A DNA stretch of 64,000 bases from Raillietiella orientalis. Taxonomy: Eukaryota. The stretch lies in contig JAYWIR010000015.1 of the NCBI GenBank assembly GCA_036172245.1, forward strand, positions 3,844,001-3,908,000. The letters are read 5' to 3'. The position numbers and the translations under genes are program-made. This document shows, piece by piece, positions 23,101 to 35,481 of this stretch (position 1 is its first letter; each line of letters opens with the position of its first letter). The notes beneath the pieces are model-generated. The model was not told the origin of the DNA, made no database searches, and worked only from the letters and a program-made list of their open reading frames with translations.

Positions 23101-26100
23101 CGGTCCGAAACCGTGCGCTTGGGGAGGTGGGCCCCGTTCGTCCCTAGGAAAGCTCTGAAGGATTCTAGGGTGGGGAGCAGAGGTGGATCAGGGGACTGAA
23201 CGGCAGGGACTGCAGCTGAGTGAGGAATAGAAGGGGAGGAGGAAGGTGGCGTGAAGAAGAGTGCCTGTGATAATTGCCGAGGATAGTCCTTCTCCTCCTC
23301 CGCATTTCTGACGGTTGGTGGCGGGGCTTCGCCTCGGAGTTTCCGCCTCCGCGACGACGCGGACGTCAGCCGCTCTCTCAGGCCGGCCCGTCATCGGTTT
23401 GCGCCTGGATTCCCTCTTTCGCACCATTCCCTCCCTCTCTTTCCAGACGACGGGTGGAAGGAAACGAGGAGTCGCGTTCCCGAGGAGCGAAAACCGCGAT
23501 GTCACGTGGAGACGCGGAGTAGCGTGGCGTCTTTGAGGTCCGCGCGAGAGGGAACGCGATGCGCTCGGGAAAGAGCTTCTAGCTTCCTCGAAGAGATGTC
23601 GCTACCTTGGTGAACGAGGAGACGAGGTCGCTAGGGTTGTTGAGGTTTTTGTCTTGGAAGTATTGCCTGTAGACGATCTCAGTCAGCCTAGAGGCTTCGT
23701 ACGGGTTGTTGAAGTAAGAAGATAGGATCTCGCGGATGAGGTCCTTCTTCTTGTAGTTCTGGTCAGAGAACTGGTGGCGCCTCTCCAGGTAGATTCCTGA
23801 AACAAGGAGCAAGGTAAGAGCATCAACTGATCCAGGAGGCGAGGACAAAGTATCCCTATTTCCCTCTGTCGAGATGCTCTGGGATCGGGAGACGGCAAAA
23901 AGATGATCAAGGTGGGGACGGACTTGACCCAACTATCCCGCCTTCAGCGTCACTGATCCTGCCGCATGCTTTCAACCCCGCAGCGGAAACTGAGATGTCT
24001 GGCCCCGGCGGCGAAACGTTCCCTCAGATGGACTGGCTGCTGTCCCAAGACTTGCTTTCCAGAGCAAGCCTCGCCATAGGAGAGCAGGAAATTGGTACCA
24101 GCGGTACGGACTACGAGAGGACTCATGTCCAAATCCATATCGGCCCATCCTGCACGCAGGGGCGGCGCGCAGTGAGCAAGATCACGCCTGCACGGGAGAT
24201 CGGGAGACCGGAAAAGGAGCATGCGGAAACGAATACTCGGCTTTGCCATAATCGCGCGAAGGGTGCTTCAAGTACGCGTACATTCACGTGTACACGTGCG
24301 CATATACTTTTCGCGGAATCACTGCAGTGCCTTCTGGGAAACGAACATGTGCACGTGTGCGTACACAGCACAAGTACACGCTCTCAGGTGTACACATGCT
24401 CCATGGTATCGCGACAAATGGGAAAGCGTGTGTACATGCATGCGTACAGGAAGGAGGACGCGTGCTCAGGCGGACCTGAGGAGCGAGATATGCGCACTTC
24501 TGCTCCAGCAAGCTCCCAGATCTTCGCCTCAGAAACCCGTGGATCCGGAAACAGATGCTGGGAGCAAGCCTCTTGGCGGCGTGGTCCCTCTTAGGGCGTG
24601 GCCATTTCGGGGATCGCCCTAAGAGAATGCGCTTTGCATGAGCACGTAACCAGCACACTCTCCGGGAGCCCGCCCAGAACACTTGAAGAGCTTCTGGGCT
24701 GAAGCGGATGGGGAAGTGGAGCCGGGAGGTCTGCCAGGGTTACACGCTCTGGGGCAAAGGGGGAGGGGGCGAATCACTCACGGAGGAACAGGGCTAGACC
24801 CTCGTCGGTATTCTGGCCAATGATCACGGGGACCTCCCACGCCGCCTGCTGCCTCCTCCGGATAGCCTCTTCGGGCGACCTCCGGACAATGGGGCTGGCG
24901 CGGCTGCCGTAGTCTACCACGGGCACCGTCTTCAGGGGCAGTATGGCCAGTTTCTGGAACGCGGACGATGGATTTCGCGCGGTCCGGAGTGAGAGGGGGT
25001 GGGATGAGGGACACTGACCATATCCTCGTAGTGGGTGCGTACGAGGTCCTGGACTGACACGCCCCTCAGGCAGTCCACCAGGCTGGTGGTCTTCAGGTAG
25101 CCGCAGTTGAGCGAGTAGGAGAGCGCTTTGGCGAAGCTGAAGGGGTCGCGCTCGAAGGCCCAGTCGCAGAGGGCAGACCCACTCTCCAGCACCACCTTGT
25201 GGAACAGCCCTGAAAGGGAAGGAGGTCGCTCCAAGAGTTTCCTCGAAGGTTCTTCGCTGCTTCGCCTCCCCGGTCCCGGTAAGTGACGACCCTCCGTCGT
25301 CCACTTGCGACCAGGGCGCGCGCGCACTCGCCTTTGCTCCTTGGAGACATCATGAGGTAGTGCACCGAGGCCGCTCCGGAGCCCTGGCCCACGAGTGTGA
25401 CCCGGTCGGGGTCTCCTCCGAAGTCCCTGACGTTGGCCTGCACCCACTGGAGGGCGGCAATCTGGTCGGCAAGGCCGAAGTTCCCTGGTAGGACATAGTC
25501 CCCGGTGCTGAGGAATCCTGGAAAGGGAGGGGCGCAGGGTCGCTGCCGGGTGTGCGCGCCACGCGCTCCCCACTCCCCGCGTGGGGCGAGGAGTCGCAAC
25601 CAACCGAGGACGCCGAGCCGGTAGTTGAAGGTCACCAGCACCACGTTCTCCTGCATAAGCTTCTCGGGGCCGAAGATGCTGGCCGATCCCGAGATGAAGT
25701 CGCCCCCGTGCACAAAGACCAGCACAGGCAGACCCCTGGCGTAGCCCGAGCCGGCGGGTCCCCTGAGGGTGCGGTTGGCATGCCGCAGCTCTCTAGTCCG
25801 CCTTTTCTCAGAGATGGAGGCACCGACAGAGGAGGAGGAAGAAGAGACCTTTCTCTGGAAGCCCACGGACGGGTTGAAGGAAGGGAGTCCGCCCCCGGGA
25901 AGACCTGGAGAGAGAGAGAGAAAGGAGAGGGAAAATCCAGAGGTCATGCGAGGAAAGAAACGGAAACCGCGCGCGCTGCTGTTGCTCTGCTCCCAACTTC
26001 ACCCAATCTCCCCCTTCTCCCCCATTCGCAGAAGGTGGGGAGAGGGGAGGGAAAAGAGGTGGGCTGCTTGCAAGGGGAGGCGACTCCCTGCCCCTCTCTC

Positions 26101-26921
26101 AGGACTAGGAGGGCTTCTTCCAGTATCTCCCATCCCTCGGGAGCAAGCGATTCTTCGTCGACCCTCCAACTCTCTCTCTCAGAGCACCCCGCGGCTGGAC
26201 GCATGCCCCTGCTCCTTGGAAGGGCGGCGAAGGAGCGCCTTCCTTCCTTCCTCCCCTTCCCTCTCCTTGCTTACTCGTTGGCAGGACGGGGCTGAAGACG
26301 TTCAGGTAGAGGCAGTCCTCCTGACCGATGACAGCCCTGGTCCTCTCCTCCAGCTGGGGACATACGGGAGAGTAGTCCCTCGCGTTGAGGTCTCCCGTCC
26401 ACGGCAAGGGCTGCTCGGGGTCCTGGAAGAGGAAAAAAGGAAGGGCAGGGCGAGGGGGTAGTCAGGAAACCCGGAACGCGGGAGAAGGAGGGTTGGCCTG
26501 CTGGAGAGGGAAGAAGGAAAGGCGACCTCGTGGCCTCGAGGTCCGTTCCCGAGGGGTGCAGGGGAAGAGCGCGGGAGTCCGCAGAGGGGTCTCTCTCAGC
26601 CTCCGGTCATCCGGAAAGAAGGAGTCTGGCGGGAGGGGGTTCTCTGCTTACCTTCCAACGTAGCCGCCCCACTGGGGGGCGCGCGTAGGGAATGCCCCGG
26701 AAAGCGGCGAACCTCCTAGGGAAATTGCGGTCCAGAGGGCCTGGGGAGACCTCCAATGTCCCGGTGATTAGCCCAGCTCCAGTGTTGACACTGATGACGC
26801 TCTCGGCAGATGCACTGCCTCTCCGGGTCACTCCAGCAGAGCACAGCAGCAGCAAAGCTGCGAGGAGCGGCAGCAGGAAAGGAGGAGGAGGAGGAGGAGG
26901 CTGCGGAGGATGGAGCGGCAT
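20110..26921 (-). CDS. Type-I membrane carboxyl/cholinesterase-family protein, probably non-catalytic (11 coding exons)
   Basis: Frame-consistent exons: 26921-26652, 26422-26275, 25904-25605, 25517-25332, 25209-25019, 24953-24782, 23796-23606, 22169-21980, 21904-21772, 21637-21514, 20337-20110. Signal peptide (LLPLLAALLLLCSAG); family motifs FRGIPYARPPVGRLRW, QEDCLYLNVFSP, PVLVFVHGG, NYRLGVLGFLS, FGGDPDRVTLVGQGSGA, NTDEG, VSHGDEL; C-terminal TM helix ILFWVFFVICLILVVGLVVLGVAL. Confidence 0.93.
20874..21440 (+). mobile_element. BEL/Pao-like integrase relic in the last intron of the esterase-family gene
   Basis: One 188-aa ORF has colinear degenerate motifs TLVGTDH (F..GVDY.GP), MSRIGG...SCSKNGNSL (RF..RRG...SDNG.NF) and GGCWERW (GG.WER). 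Confidence 0.45.
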
Positions 26922-29900
26922 GTTCCTCTCGCGACCTCGCCGGCACCACCACTGCCAGGAGGAGTCGTCGTCTCCCCCTTCGAGGAAACGAGGAGCGAGC
27001 TCTTCCTCTCTTCCACTCTTTATCTCAGGTGTGGTCCTTCGCCCCTCCTCTCCTGCCGGCGGCACTCGCATGCGCGCTCTCCCTGAGGTCCGGAGGGAGC
27101 TCCCACGTGACGTCAGCGACGGTCTGTTGATCTTCAGCTTCCGCCCCGCCCGGCTGAGAGCGCCCCGCCGCCGAACTCCGCGCGGAGCGGTGCTGGACCC
27201 CTGGAGCGGGGCGTCCGCGCCGCTCAGCTTCTTCGTCCCCGCCTTCCCGGCCTCCTTGGTCTTCCCGTCGCTGCTGACCTTTCCCGTCCCGAGGCTAGAG
27301 AACCCCCTTGGACGGTCAACCTGCCATCCTCCTGCTGCGCGGGCCGGGCGGGATGTCCGAGGGAGGAGCTCACGTGGCGCCGCCGCAGTCTTCCCGACCT
27401 CTCCCGGCTTCACCCTTTGCTCTCGCCGCGCTTCCCTCCTGCGCCTCCTGGCGGAGTTCATCTGTAGCCTGTCGTTCGTCACTTGCGCCCTTTGGCATCT
27501 TCCCGCCGGCAAGGCGCAGGAGCGCCAGTCTCCGCTAGAGCGACACGGGCGAGAAGCTCAGGAGGCCGCGGACTCCGAGGACCAGGGAGTGCCATCTGCC
27601 CCCCTCCCTCTTTATCGTGGGGCGTGGGGCTCCCCTTCTCGGCCTCCCCCCCCCCTCCTCGCTCTCCCAGTTTGCGTGCACATCCGGGAAGGAGGAGGTA
27701 GGGACTCCTCTTCCGTCCTCGCCCGTTTCCGGCCCTTCGGGGAAGAGGCAGCATCCTCACCTGCTCCTTTCTCCTCTCTTCCGTTTGCTTTCGCGGAACG
27801 GGAGCGGAAGGACGCCCTCAGGGAACTTTCATTTTGCGTGCGCGCCCTTCCGGCCAGTCGAGCTCTTTGCATTCCCGGAGGTCTCCTTGGAGGCGGGCGG
27901 CTCCTCCCTGGACCAGGAAGCGCGCACTCTCCCGCTCGCGAGGAAGAGACGGGGTGATGTCGCGCTTCAGCTTTGGAGTCTTTCCCCTTGCCGCTCCTCT
28001 CCGTCGGAAAAGGGGGGAAAAGCAAGAGGACACGTTCCATGCGGGGATTCTTTCTGATCAGCGCACGTGGGGAAGCGGAGGGGAGGAGACGGACCCTCGA
28101 GGGAACGATCTTTCATTCGTGTGACCCCCGCGGGAAGGAAAAAACTGTCCCTTGGCGTCCTAGGGAAGACGCTTCGTCTCATTCCTGTTCCCTCCCATCT
28201 CCCACCCCCTCCCTCCTTCCCCTTCACGTCTCCCATGTGGTGACAAAATCCCTCCCAACAAGCCGGGCGAGAAGCCTCTTCTTTCGAAGAAACCACTTCG
28301 TCCCCAGCCTGGCGAGTGCGGCAACAGGGTTGCCAGACTCTCCCATTGGATTAGCACTTCACAGGAAGCATTCGTTTCCCCTCATCGTTTCGCGCCATCC
28401 CTCAGGACCACAGCCGCACCAGCACCAGCACGAGAGTCGCAGCAACCTCCGGACAGGAAAATGAGCTTCTGGGATACCTTGGAGGCGCGCAGAAAATCAA
28501 GCGGATTTGCAGCTTCCTGATATCAGGCAACTCCCTTGAAGCAGGGGCGAAAATCCAATTCGGGATCGGAGGAAAGGGGGGGGGGATCGCCAATGGCTCA
28601 GTCTTCCTATCAGGTGGGCGGTGTCTCGCGCTCGAATCTCGTGGAGCAAGAGGACGTCCAGAGGGCATTCCAGGTGTCCTGGAATTTCCGAAAGTCCCAG
28701 AAGCCTGTGCGGGAAGAGAAACCGTAAGGCAGGAATGAATCCAGAGGAGAGAGGGGGAATCCAAGAACAGACCTATCTCTAGGGGGGGAGGGTGGAAGGG
28801 TGAGGAAGGAGGTAATTAATGGGTGGAACCGGCGGCTGCTGAGGGAGCAGGCGGGACAGAGAGGAAGCGAGTAATGAGTCCTCTCGAGTGCCAAGGATAC
28901 AAGGAGAGGAATCTGGAAGGGCTGCGGATGACCCGGCTTCTTCACAGGTAACCGGTTGGTACGACACAGCTTCCAGACGCGCACGCGATGCGTCGGGACA
29001 CTCCGAATGGCGGGCAGAAGGCACGCAGGAGGGATAGGTCGCTCCCGGAACAGGGATTCGCAGGCAAGGGTCTCTCCTGAACCGGTCCAGGGACCGCTCC
29101 GCGATCGGTTCCGTTTCCCGAACGATCGATGCGCCCCTGGGGCCACCTGCAAGGACATGGATCTCGACAAGAGCTCTTCCGGGTCAGTCCGCGCTCTCTC
29201 CTTCTTCCCTGAACCGGAAGCAACGCGGCTGGCGTGATCTTCCGACTCCAAGAAGGACCGGTACGATCCCCCCTGATGCCGCTCTTAGCTGGAAGCAGGG
29301 ACTCTGTGGCACAGGGCACGGGATGTCCGTCTCCATCGAAAGCCGACGGCTACTGTTTCCGCAGTGCTTTTCCTACTGTGCCCGAGCACCTCGCATCAAT
29401 GCGACCGGTCCCGATGAAGTCAGGAACTGCAGACGTTTTCTCGCGGGAGACGTTTGCCATCGGTGACGCAGACGCTGTGCAGGAATCTGGAAACGCCGTG
29501 ACCTTATCGCAGGGCAAGGGACGCGCGTTCGACTGCTTCGTTTTTCCTCCGGTGCGTCACGGCGGCACCGCGATCGGCACAGATCCTCCTTCCCGCCCTC
29601 CTCCGATCCTAGGGGGCGAGGGAAAACCCAGTCCACGGTGATGTGGTGGACCTCCCGACGTTCCTGAGAAATGATCGAGCGTTTCCTAGGCGAGGCAGCT
29701 TCTCGAGGTTCCTTCTGTACGCTCTCCTTCCCTGACTTGGGCAGCGGGAGCAACCTTCGAACACCCGCCGACGCCTGGCTCCCTGGAAAGAGGTCGCCGC
29801 GAGACGGACAAAGGTTTCCTTACGGGCACCTCTCTAAGGGAACCCGTCAGCCTTTCCGAAGGATGCGAAGAGAGGTCAGGTGGTCACGACCAAAAAGCAG

Positions 29901-31899
29901 GTCCACAACGATTCCTCCTCGCGGTCTCGGTGGTTCCGCTGGCGCTGGGCAGGAAACCGGGATAGGCGATTCCGCGGTGCGGCTGGTCTAAGAGAGCCTC
30001 CTGATCCATCCATCCATTCATCCATCTTCCCTCCTCCTCTCCCTTCATGATGTCCACTCGTCCGTGCGCAAACAGCAGGCGGGTGGATGATCTTTCCCGA
30101 TCCGGATTTGCTACTCTGGAACGACCGACAGGAGAGGCAGTGGCGCGGATGCATCTAGGAACGCCTCTTGGTTCTACCCCCCACCCCCCATCAAGTCACC
30201 CTGGATCACGTGTGACCTTTTCCCCTCCATTCTCCCCGTAACCCAGATCTGGTCGACGCCCTCTGACTCGCATCCTTTCTCCTGGGATCGACAGAAGAGC
30301 TTTTTCGATTATTTCAACGCCAGAAGAGCTTTTTTTCTGCTGTCGGGCTGGCCCGAAGGACGAGCAAGAGGTCTACGGAGCTCATAGAGCACTCTCACCC
30401 ACCCCGTCCAGGAACAATCGGTGAGGATACCCCCCATGTTGCAAGAAAGACGAGCGGTCCACCACCTACGGGGGATCCCCAGGAGCTTCCGAGTCCCTTT
30501 TCCCGCATTCGCAACCTCGAAAGATCTCTTGGTATCGACGGAAAGGGAAACTCCCGTCACGAGGCCCCACTCGACAGGGGCGCTCTAATGAAGGGGGGCA
30601 CTTGACACAATCTGCGTGGGAATGTGACGTCACGGCTCGCGGACCGCGTTTCCCGCGCACTGCAGCCCTCAGTCACTCCCGCGAGCGCATCTGCGAATGC
30701 CTTCTCCCGGTGACGCCTCCTCCGGCCACCGGCAAGCCGGGGTAGACTCCGCCGGTCGGAATGGAGCTCCATGGATCGTTTAAAATCTGCGAGCGAAGAG
30801 GAGGAGGAAGGGCAGGAGGTTCGGATTCTGGACCTCCTTCTCGAGGGGACTTAGGGGTGCTCACAGATCAAGCGCTCGGTGGTTCCAGGGGAAATGCAGG
30901 GAAGCAGGAAGAGAGGAAGAAAGCAAAGGACGGGGAGCGGCCACATTCGAAGCTGGCAGGGATGTCGAGAGTCTGCGCTCCCCCCTTCCCCGCAGCGATT
31001 CTCTATCCGTCGGTCGCATCAGGGTATCCCGCGCAGAACTTCCCGAAGACCAGACAGAGATCACGATGGGTCGGTCGTCCTTGGATCCTGCGAAGGGCGC
31101 GGGCTGCTGGAGGGATCGCCGTCCAGGAACGTGCGGATAACTGGTGCTGAGAGAAGCAGCTTCCGACGCGCCACCTGCCTTCCCTTGTTTCCCCAGGCAG
31201 GCGCCCTTCTGGAAGGGGAGAGCCCCTCCTGTGTATCTCCTGCATCCCGGAGAATTCGGACATGCGCCATCCCCTGAGGGAAGACTCCCACCTTCCGGAC
31301 CCGCTGGCTGGTCAAAAGACGCCTGCTGGATTTCCGCGGGCAAAACCTTCGGTGGACTCCCCGCATCACCCTCCACCTCCTTGTATCCGCGGGGAACACA
31401 GTGGGCGTCGGTCTCCAAGCGCCACCACCGTGCCCCCCGTCCCCCCTGCGGTGCAGGATGAGCCCTTCTCACCTCGGGACGGAAGATCCCGGACGCAGTG
31501 CTCTAAGCTGGGGGCTCGGGCATGTTCCCGCAGCTGATGCCACTGAGTTTTCCCTCTCTGCCTCTCTGCCTTCCATCGGGGTGGAACGCTAGCGTTGGGA
31601 GGCGCGGATTCCTCAAGAGCGCGGGAAGCGAAGAGGGCGGTCGCGTCTGAGAGCTCAGAGGCCAGCGCTCTCTCAGTGATGACACAAGCGGCAGAGGAAA
31701 CGCGCTGGCAGCAGAGGAGGCGTCGGAAAACCCTCATGACCCAAAGGGGGTCCCTTCGTGAGGCATGAGGTCATCGAAGAAGCAACTCCTCCTGAGCAAA
31801 GAGAGCTGGTAGGTGAGAAGCGTGCGGAGGCGATACGGGGATGGAAGGAAGGTGGGGATCGGAAAGCAGCTTCGTGGACATATCGTGGAGCGCTGCGAC

Positions 31900-33345
31900 T
31901 TTGCAGCTGCGTGACCTTCGGGACCGTGAGGCAGCGGGCATCGGAAGACGCAGCTGTCATCTGGTTTCACACCACGCAAGGGGCAGGAAAAGAGATGGAC
32001 ACAAGAAAGGATGAAGGAACGACTCTCCTTTCTCATGGCAGAAGCGGAGGGAGAGGAGGGAACAGGCACAACGCAGAGGAGTGAACCCATGCAAGTCGCT
32101 TGCTGATGCATCTTCTCAGCCTCTGTACGAGAAGAGCAAAATCTGGACCTCTTAAAAAGTACGAAGGGCTGGTCCGAAACCAGTTCAAGCATCCTTCCGG
32201 AGCGCGGCTGCCAGGAAGAGTCGCCCCGGAGAAGCAGGAAATGCATCCATGCCACGCCACAGTCTGCATCGCTCCTCCATGATGGCTCGGCGCCATGGTG
32301 TCGCGATTCCGGGTACTCCTCCCAGAAGTGCCGGTGCAAACCAGCTGGAGCAACTAGCGAATCCCGTGATCGTCAAGGTGACGCCTGCTTGGACACGAAA
32401 GGAATCCCTCTTCGGCAGCATTCTTCTCCGTTCCTTAAAAGGAGATGCAGTGACCACTGGACAGCCTAATGCGTGCTCTACCATCGCGCTCAGTTTTCTT
32501 ATCTTGATCATGGTGGTGTTTTTCCGCCTGCACCCCTTCTAAATGGATATCATCGGTTTCCTTTCTCGTAGGAAACGCGGTTCCTTGTCACCCGGTGGCG
32601 CTACAAACGGTAGTCAGTGGAACTATGCGTCCTGTCAAGTCCGAACATGCTTTGGGAGCCGGTGAGGCCTACAACATAACAGAGGGGTTAAGGGATTGAA
32701 GGGGGGGGAGGGGGGAAGGAAAAGGAAAACAAAAGCAGTCTGGTTAAATTAGGGGAAGGATCGCATCCCGCGATGTGGGATCCTCTGCATCCTTTCCAGG
32801 ATGCCCGCGAGCTCCTCTTGTTAGCTGAGCGGTGGTTCCTCCTCGACTCGACTCGATGGAACCGGATGGCACAGGGGACGGCTCATCTGTCCACTCTCGG
32901 CACCGTTCCTGGAGACGAAGGTTCCTCATAGGCAGCACGGCACTGTGACGGCGGAAGCTGGGAGACCAGGCACCTCGTACAAAGAGATTACCCAAGATGT
33001 TTAAAAGGTTGTCCACTGTGGAGGGGAGGGACGCGGAGAAACGTTTTCATGATGCCCGCAGGGCGTCCCACCGCCATCTTGCCTGACCTCAATGGGAAAG
33101 AAATTTCTAGGTGTTCCCTCCTTTCTTTGCAGTCGCGAAGGGCGCTCGACTTTCAAGCCAATCTCCGGACTTCTCAAAGCTGCAGCACGACCTAGGAACG
33201 ACTCCGAAGATACGCGCTGCTGAGCGACCGCTTCTTTATGCCGTAAGCACACATCCGACCTTCTCAATAGCAGAAGTAGAGACTTACAATCTTGGGACGA
33301 ACTTTGGTCACCATGGTCGTATTGAAAAAAGAGCTTCTCCTGCAT
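31900..33345 (-). mobile_element. BEL/Pao-like LTR retrotransposon pol relic (integrase region)
   Basis: Colinear fragments: SRLQRK...FPIEV...HHE (GRL...PI.LP...H), LSAMVEHALGCPVVT (E..LN.RPLT), HFWEEYPE...W...GRMLEL (FW..EYL...W..GRI.E). Multiple stops and frameshifts. Confidence 0.45.
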
Positions 33346-35481
33346 CTGATGCCTCCTAAGGTTTGATTAGGACATCAGATGATCAACAAACAAGAACGTG
33401 TGTGACGAGAATGAGGGAAGGTTCAGAATTGCCACTTGAACATTAATTATTTTGCTGCTCTCATTAGCAGAAGAGCACTGTTTTGTGATGCACTTGTGAC
33501 TCAGCATGTGCACCTTGCTCCTAGTTGCTGAAAGTCAGTGATACATCTGTGTATTCATCAGCCACCTTCTACCCTTGCATGTGCTCAAAGTTTCGGTTTC
33601 TCACTGCCTAGTACTTCTTGGAAGCAGGATTCAGCTACCTTGCTTGTCTTCTCTTGCTTCTCTGGTTCTGTTGAAAGAAATGCAATCGGTCGAGAGCACG
33701 CTCATTCTGTCTGCATCTTCTGTGATCCAAACTGACCTTCATTCTTTCGTGATCCTGAGATTTGAATGTCTTCATCACTTCTCTTGCATGTGCTTGCGTT
33801 CGTGAGAGCAGGACCAGGAGTTTTTCTATAAAACATGGGAAACACCACGCATCGCAACGTCTACCATGGAAATGGTTCTAAGATCTGGAGTTCGCTGGTG
33901 AGAACTTTACAGAAATTGTTTGTCAATTCCAAACGACTGAGACCTTCATTCAGCAGCTCTGCGACGCAACTTCCACGTCAACAGTCTCTTATATGCCTTG
34001 AAGTTTTCTTCAAGGCATCTTGGTTTATATGTGCAATAATTCACTGTCTTTCCTTTTTGATTCCGACAACTGTTGGTAGCGTCGTTGCCTACAAACAAGG
34101 AGCTTTCCTACACAAATGAATCGTCAGACGTTTGGACATCAGTTGGCATCCAAGTCCAAGAAGTCATCTAATGAATCTTTGATATGAACTTTTAAGTCAA
34201 AAGGTGCAAAATCCCTACCAGGTTTTATCTTAGGAGTAGCACCGAATGAGAAGCTTTTACTCTCCTTCAGCTGCCAATGAAAATTTGAATATCATAATAT
34301 AATAATAGATTTCTTCAGAAGTTCACCATATCTATGGTGCTATGAAGATTACAAATTATTGAGCTATCTCAAAGGTTTTTTTGAAATTTCATCGAAAAAT
34401 GGAAATCACGTGAATGTAAATATGTGTACTTCATGTATGTCTTCATTGCATACAATTTCCTAAAAAAAAAATCACCCTGTGAAGAGTAAGAAACAAGCAC
34501 TTTCTCATCCTCCTGCCAACTTTTAAAATGGACGATTATGCTAGTCATTTCAAGGGCTTATTTTCTAAATGAAGAGACAATAGCATTCATTACAGTATCA
34601 TGATTTCAGGTACAGATACATCTATATGCACGAATTTGAATTCCAAAACGATCACTCAATAATGATCTTCTCTGAAAAGAAAATTCCTGCAGAATTCCCT
34701 CTAAACTTTGTGCAGTAATAGCAGTTTGTTGTATTCATAAACTGCCAGCTCAGAGTCTCATGAAGAGATTCACCTTGAAATAATTTTGAATTACTATGGA
34801 TCTGTATTAATATGAAGAGATTAACTGAGTTGCCATTATTTGGGGGTTTGCACTAATCACGAATTGTTTAATTTTCCATCTTCGAATTATCACGCTTCAA
34901 AGTGAGTATGCTCGAATACAATCTCAAATAGACAAACGAATGCTTTGTAGTAAATGCCTGCAAAGGCTGCAGTTCCAAAAATGACACATGACGAACAATT
35001 CATCTGCTCAAATTCTGTCAAATTCGTGAAACGATTAAGCACTAAGGGCTGAGTAAAGCACGACTAAAAATTTTCCTGAAACCAAGCCTCCCGTCAGGAG
35101 ACAGCACTGGCACTCCTGGGTATCTGGAAACCTCTAGCGCGCTGATTCTACGGGGGCCTGGGACGACCACCCTTCCGTTGATTCTGGCAGGCGAGCGTCG
35201 CCAACGGTAGCTTTCAGTTACAGCAGTAAGTTCTAACAGCAGGGCACATCTTTTGTGAACAGGATGCAGGCGTAAAGCAGGTGCCCTCCAGTCAAAGTTT
35301 CACTGTTCACACAAACACTAATCTGGATCCAACGTGCCCGTTTCTTTTTGTGTGATCGGCTGCGAAAGTATGGGCTTCCAGTAAATCGCGATCTTAAGAG
35401 CAGCTTTACGTCCAGCGGTGACAACGGAGGTAGCAGTTGTGCATGTTTCAGTGTTTTGAGCTCTATGTCCCAGGCACCGAG

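Noticed and set aside
24270..24450. cacgtg/tgtaca-rich patch with short palindromes in an esterase intron
   Set aside because: Low-complexity alternating purine-pyrimidine sequence with no defined unit or termini.
26692..27957. 421-aa plus-strand ORF and other long Pro/Arg/Ser/Gly-rich ORFs (520-1398, 6434-7456, 11718-12620)
   Set aside because: No recognisable domain; expected from stop-codon scarcity in GC-rich DNA; the first is partly antisense to esterase exon 1.
28400..31700. Possible further TE or gene relics upstream of the esterase gene
   Set aside because: No colinear set of motifs could be identified by eye.
35437..35481. N-terminal extension of HUS1 from the ORF track
   Set aside because: It starts at a non-ATG codon. 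The family begins MKF at 35482, and the extension looks like an intron end (ccag|).
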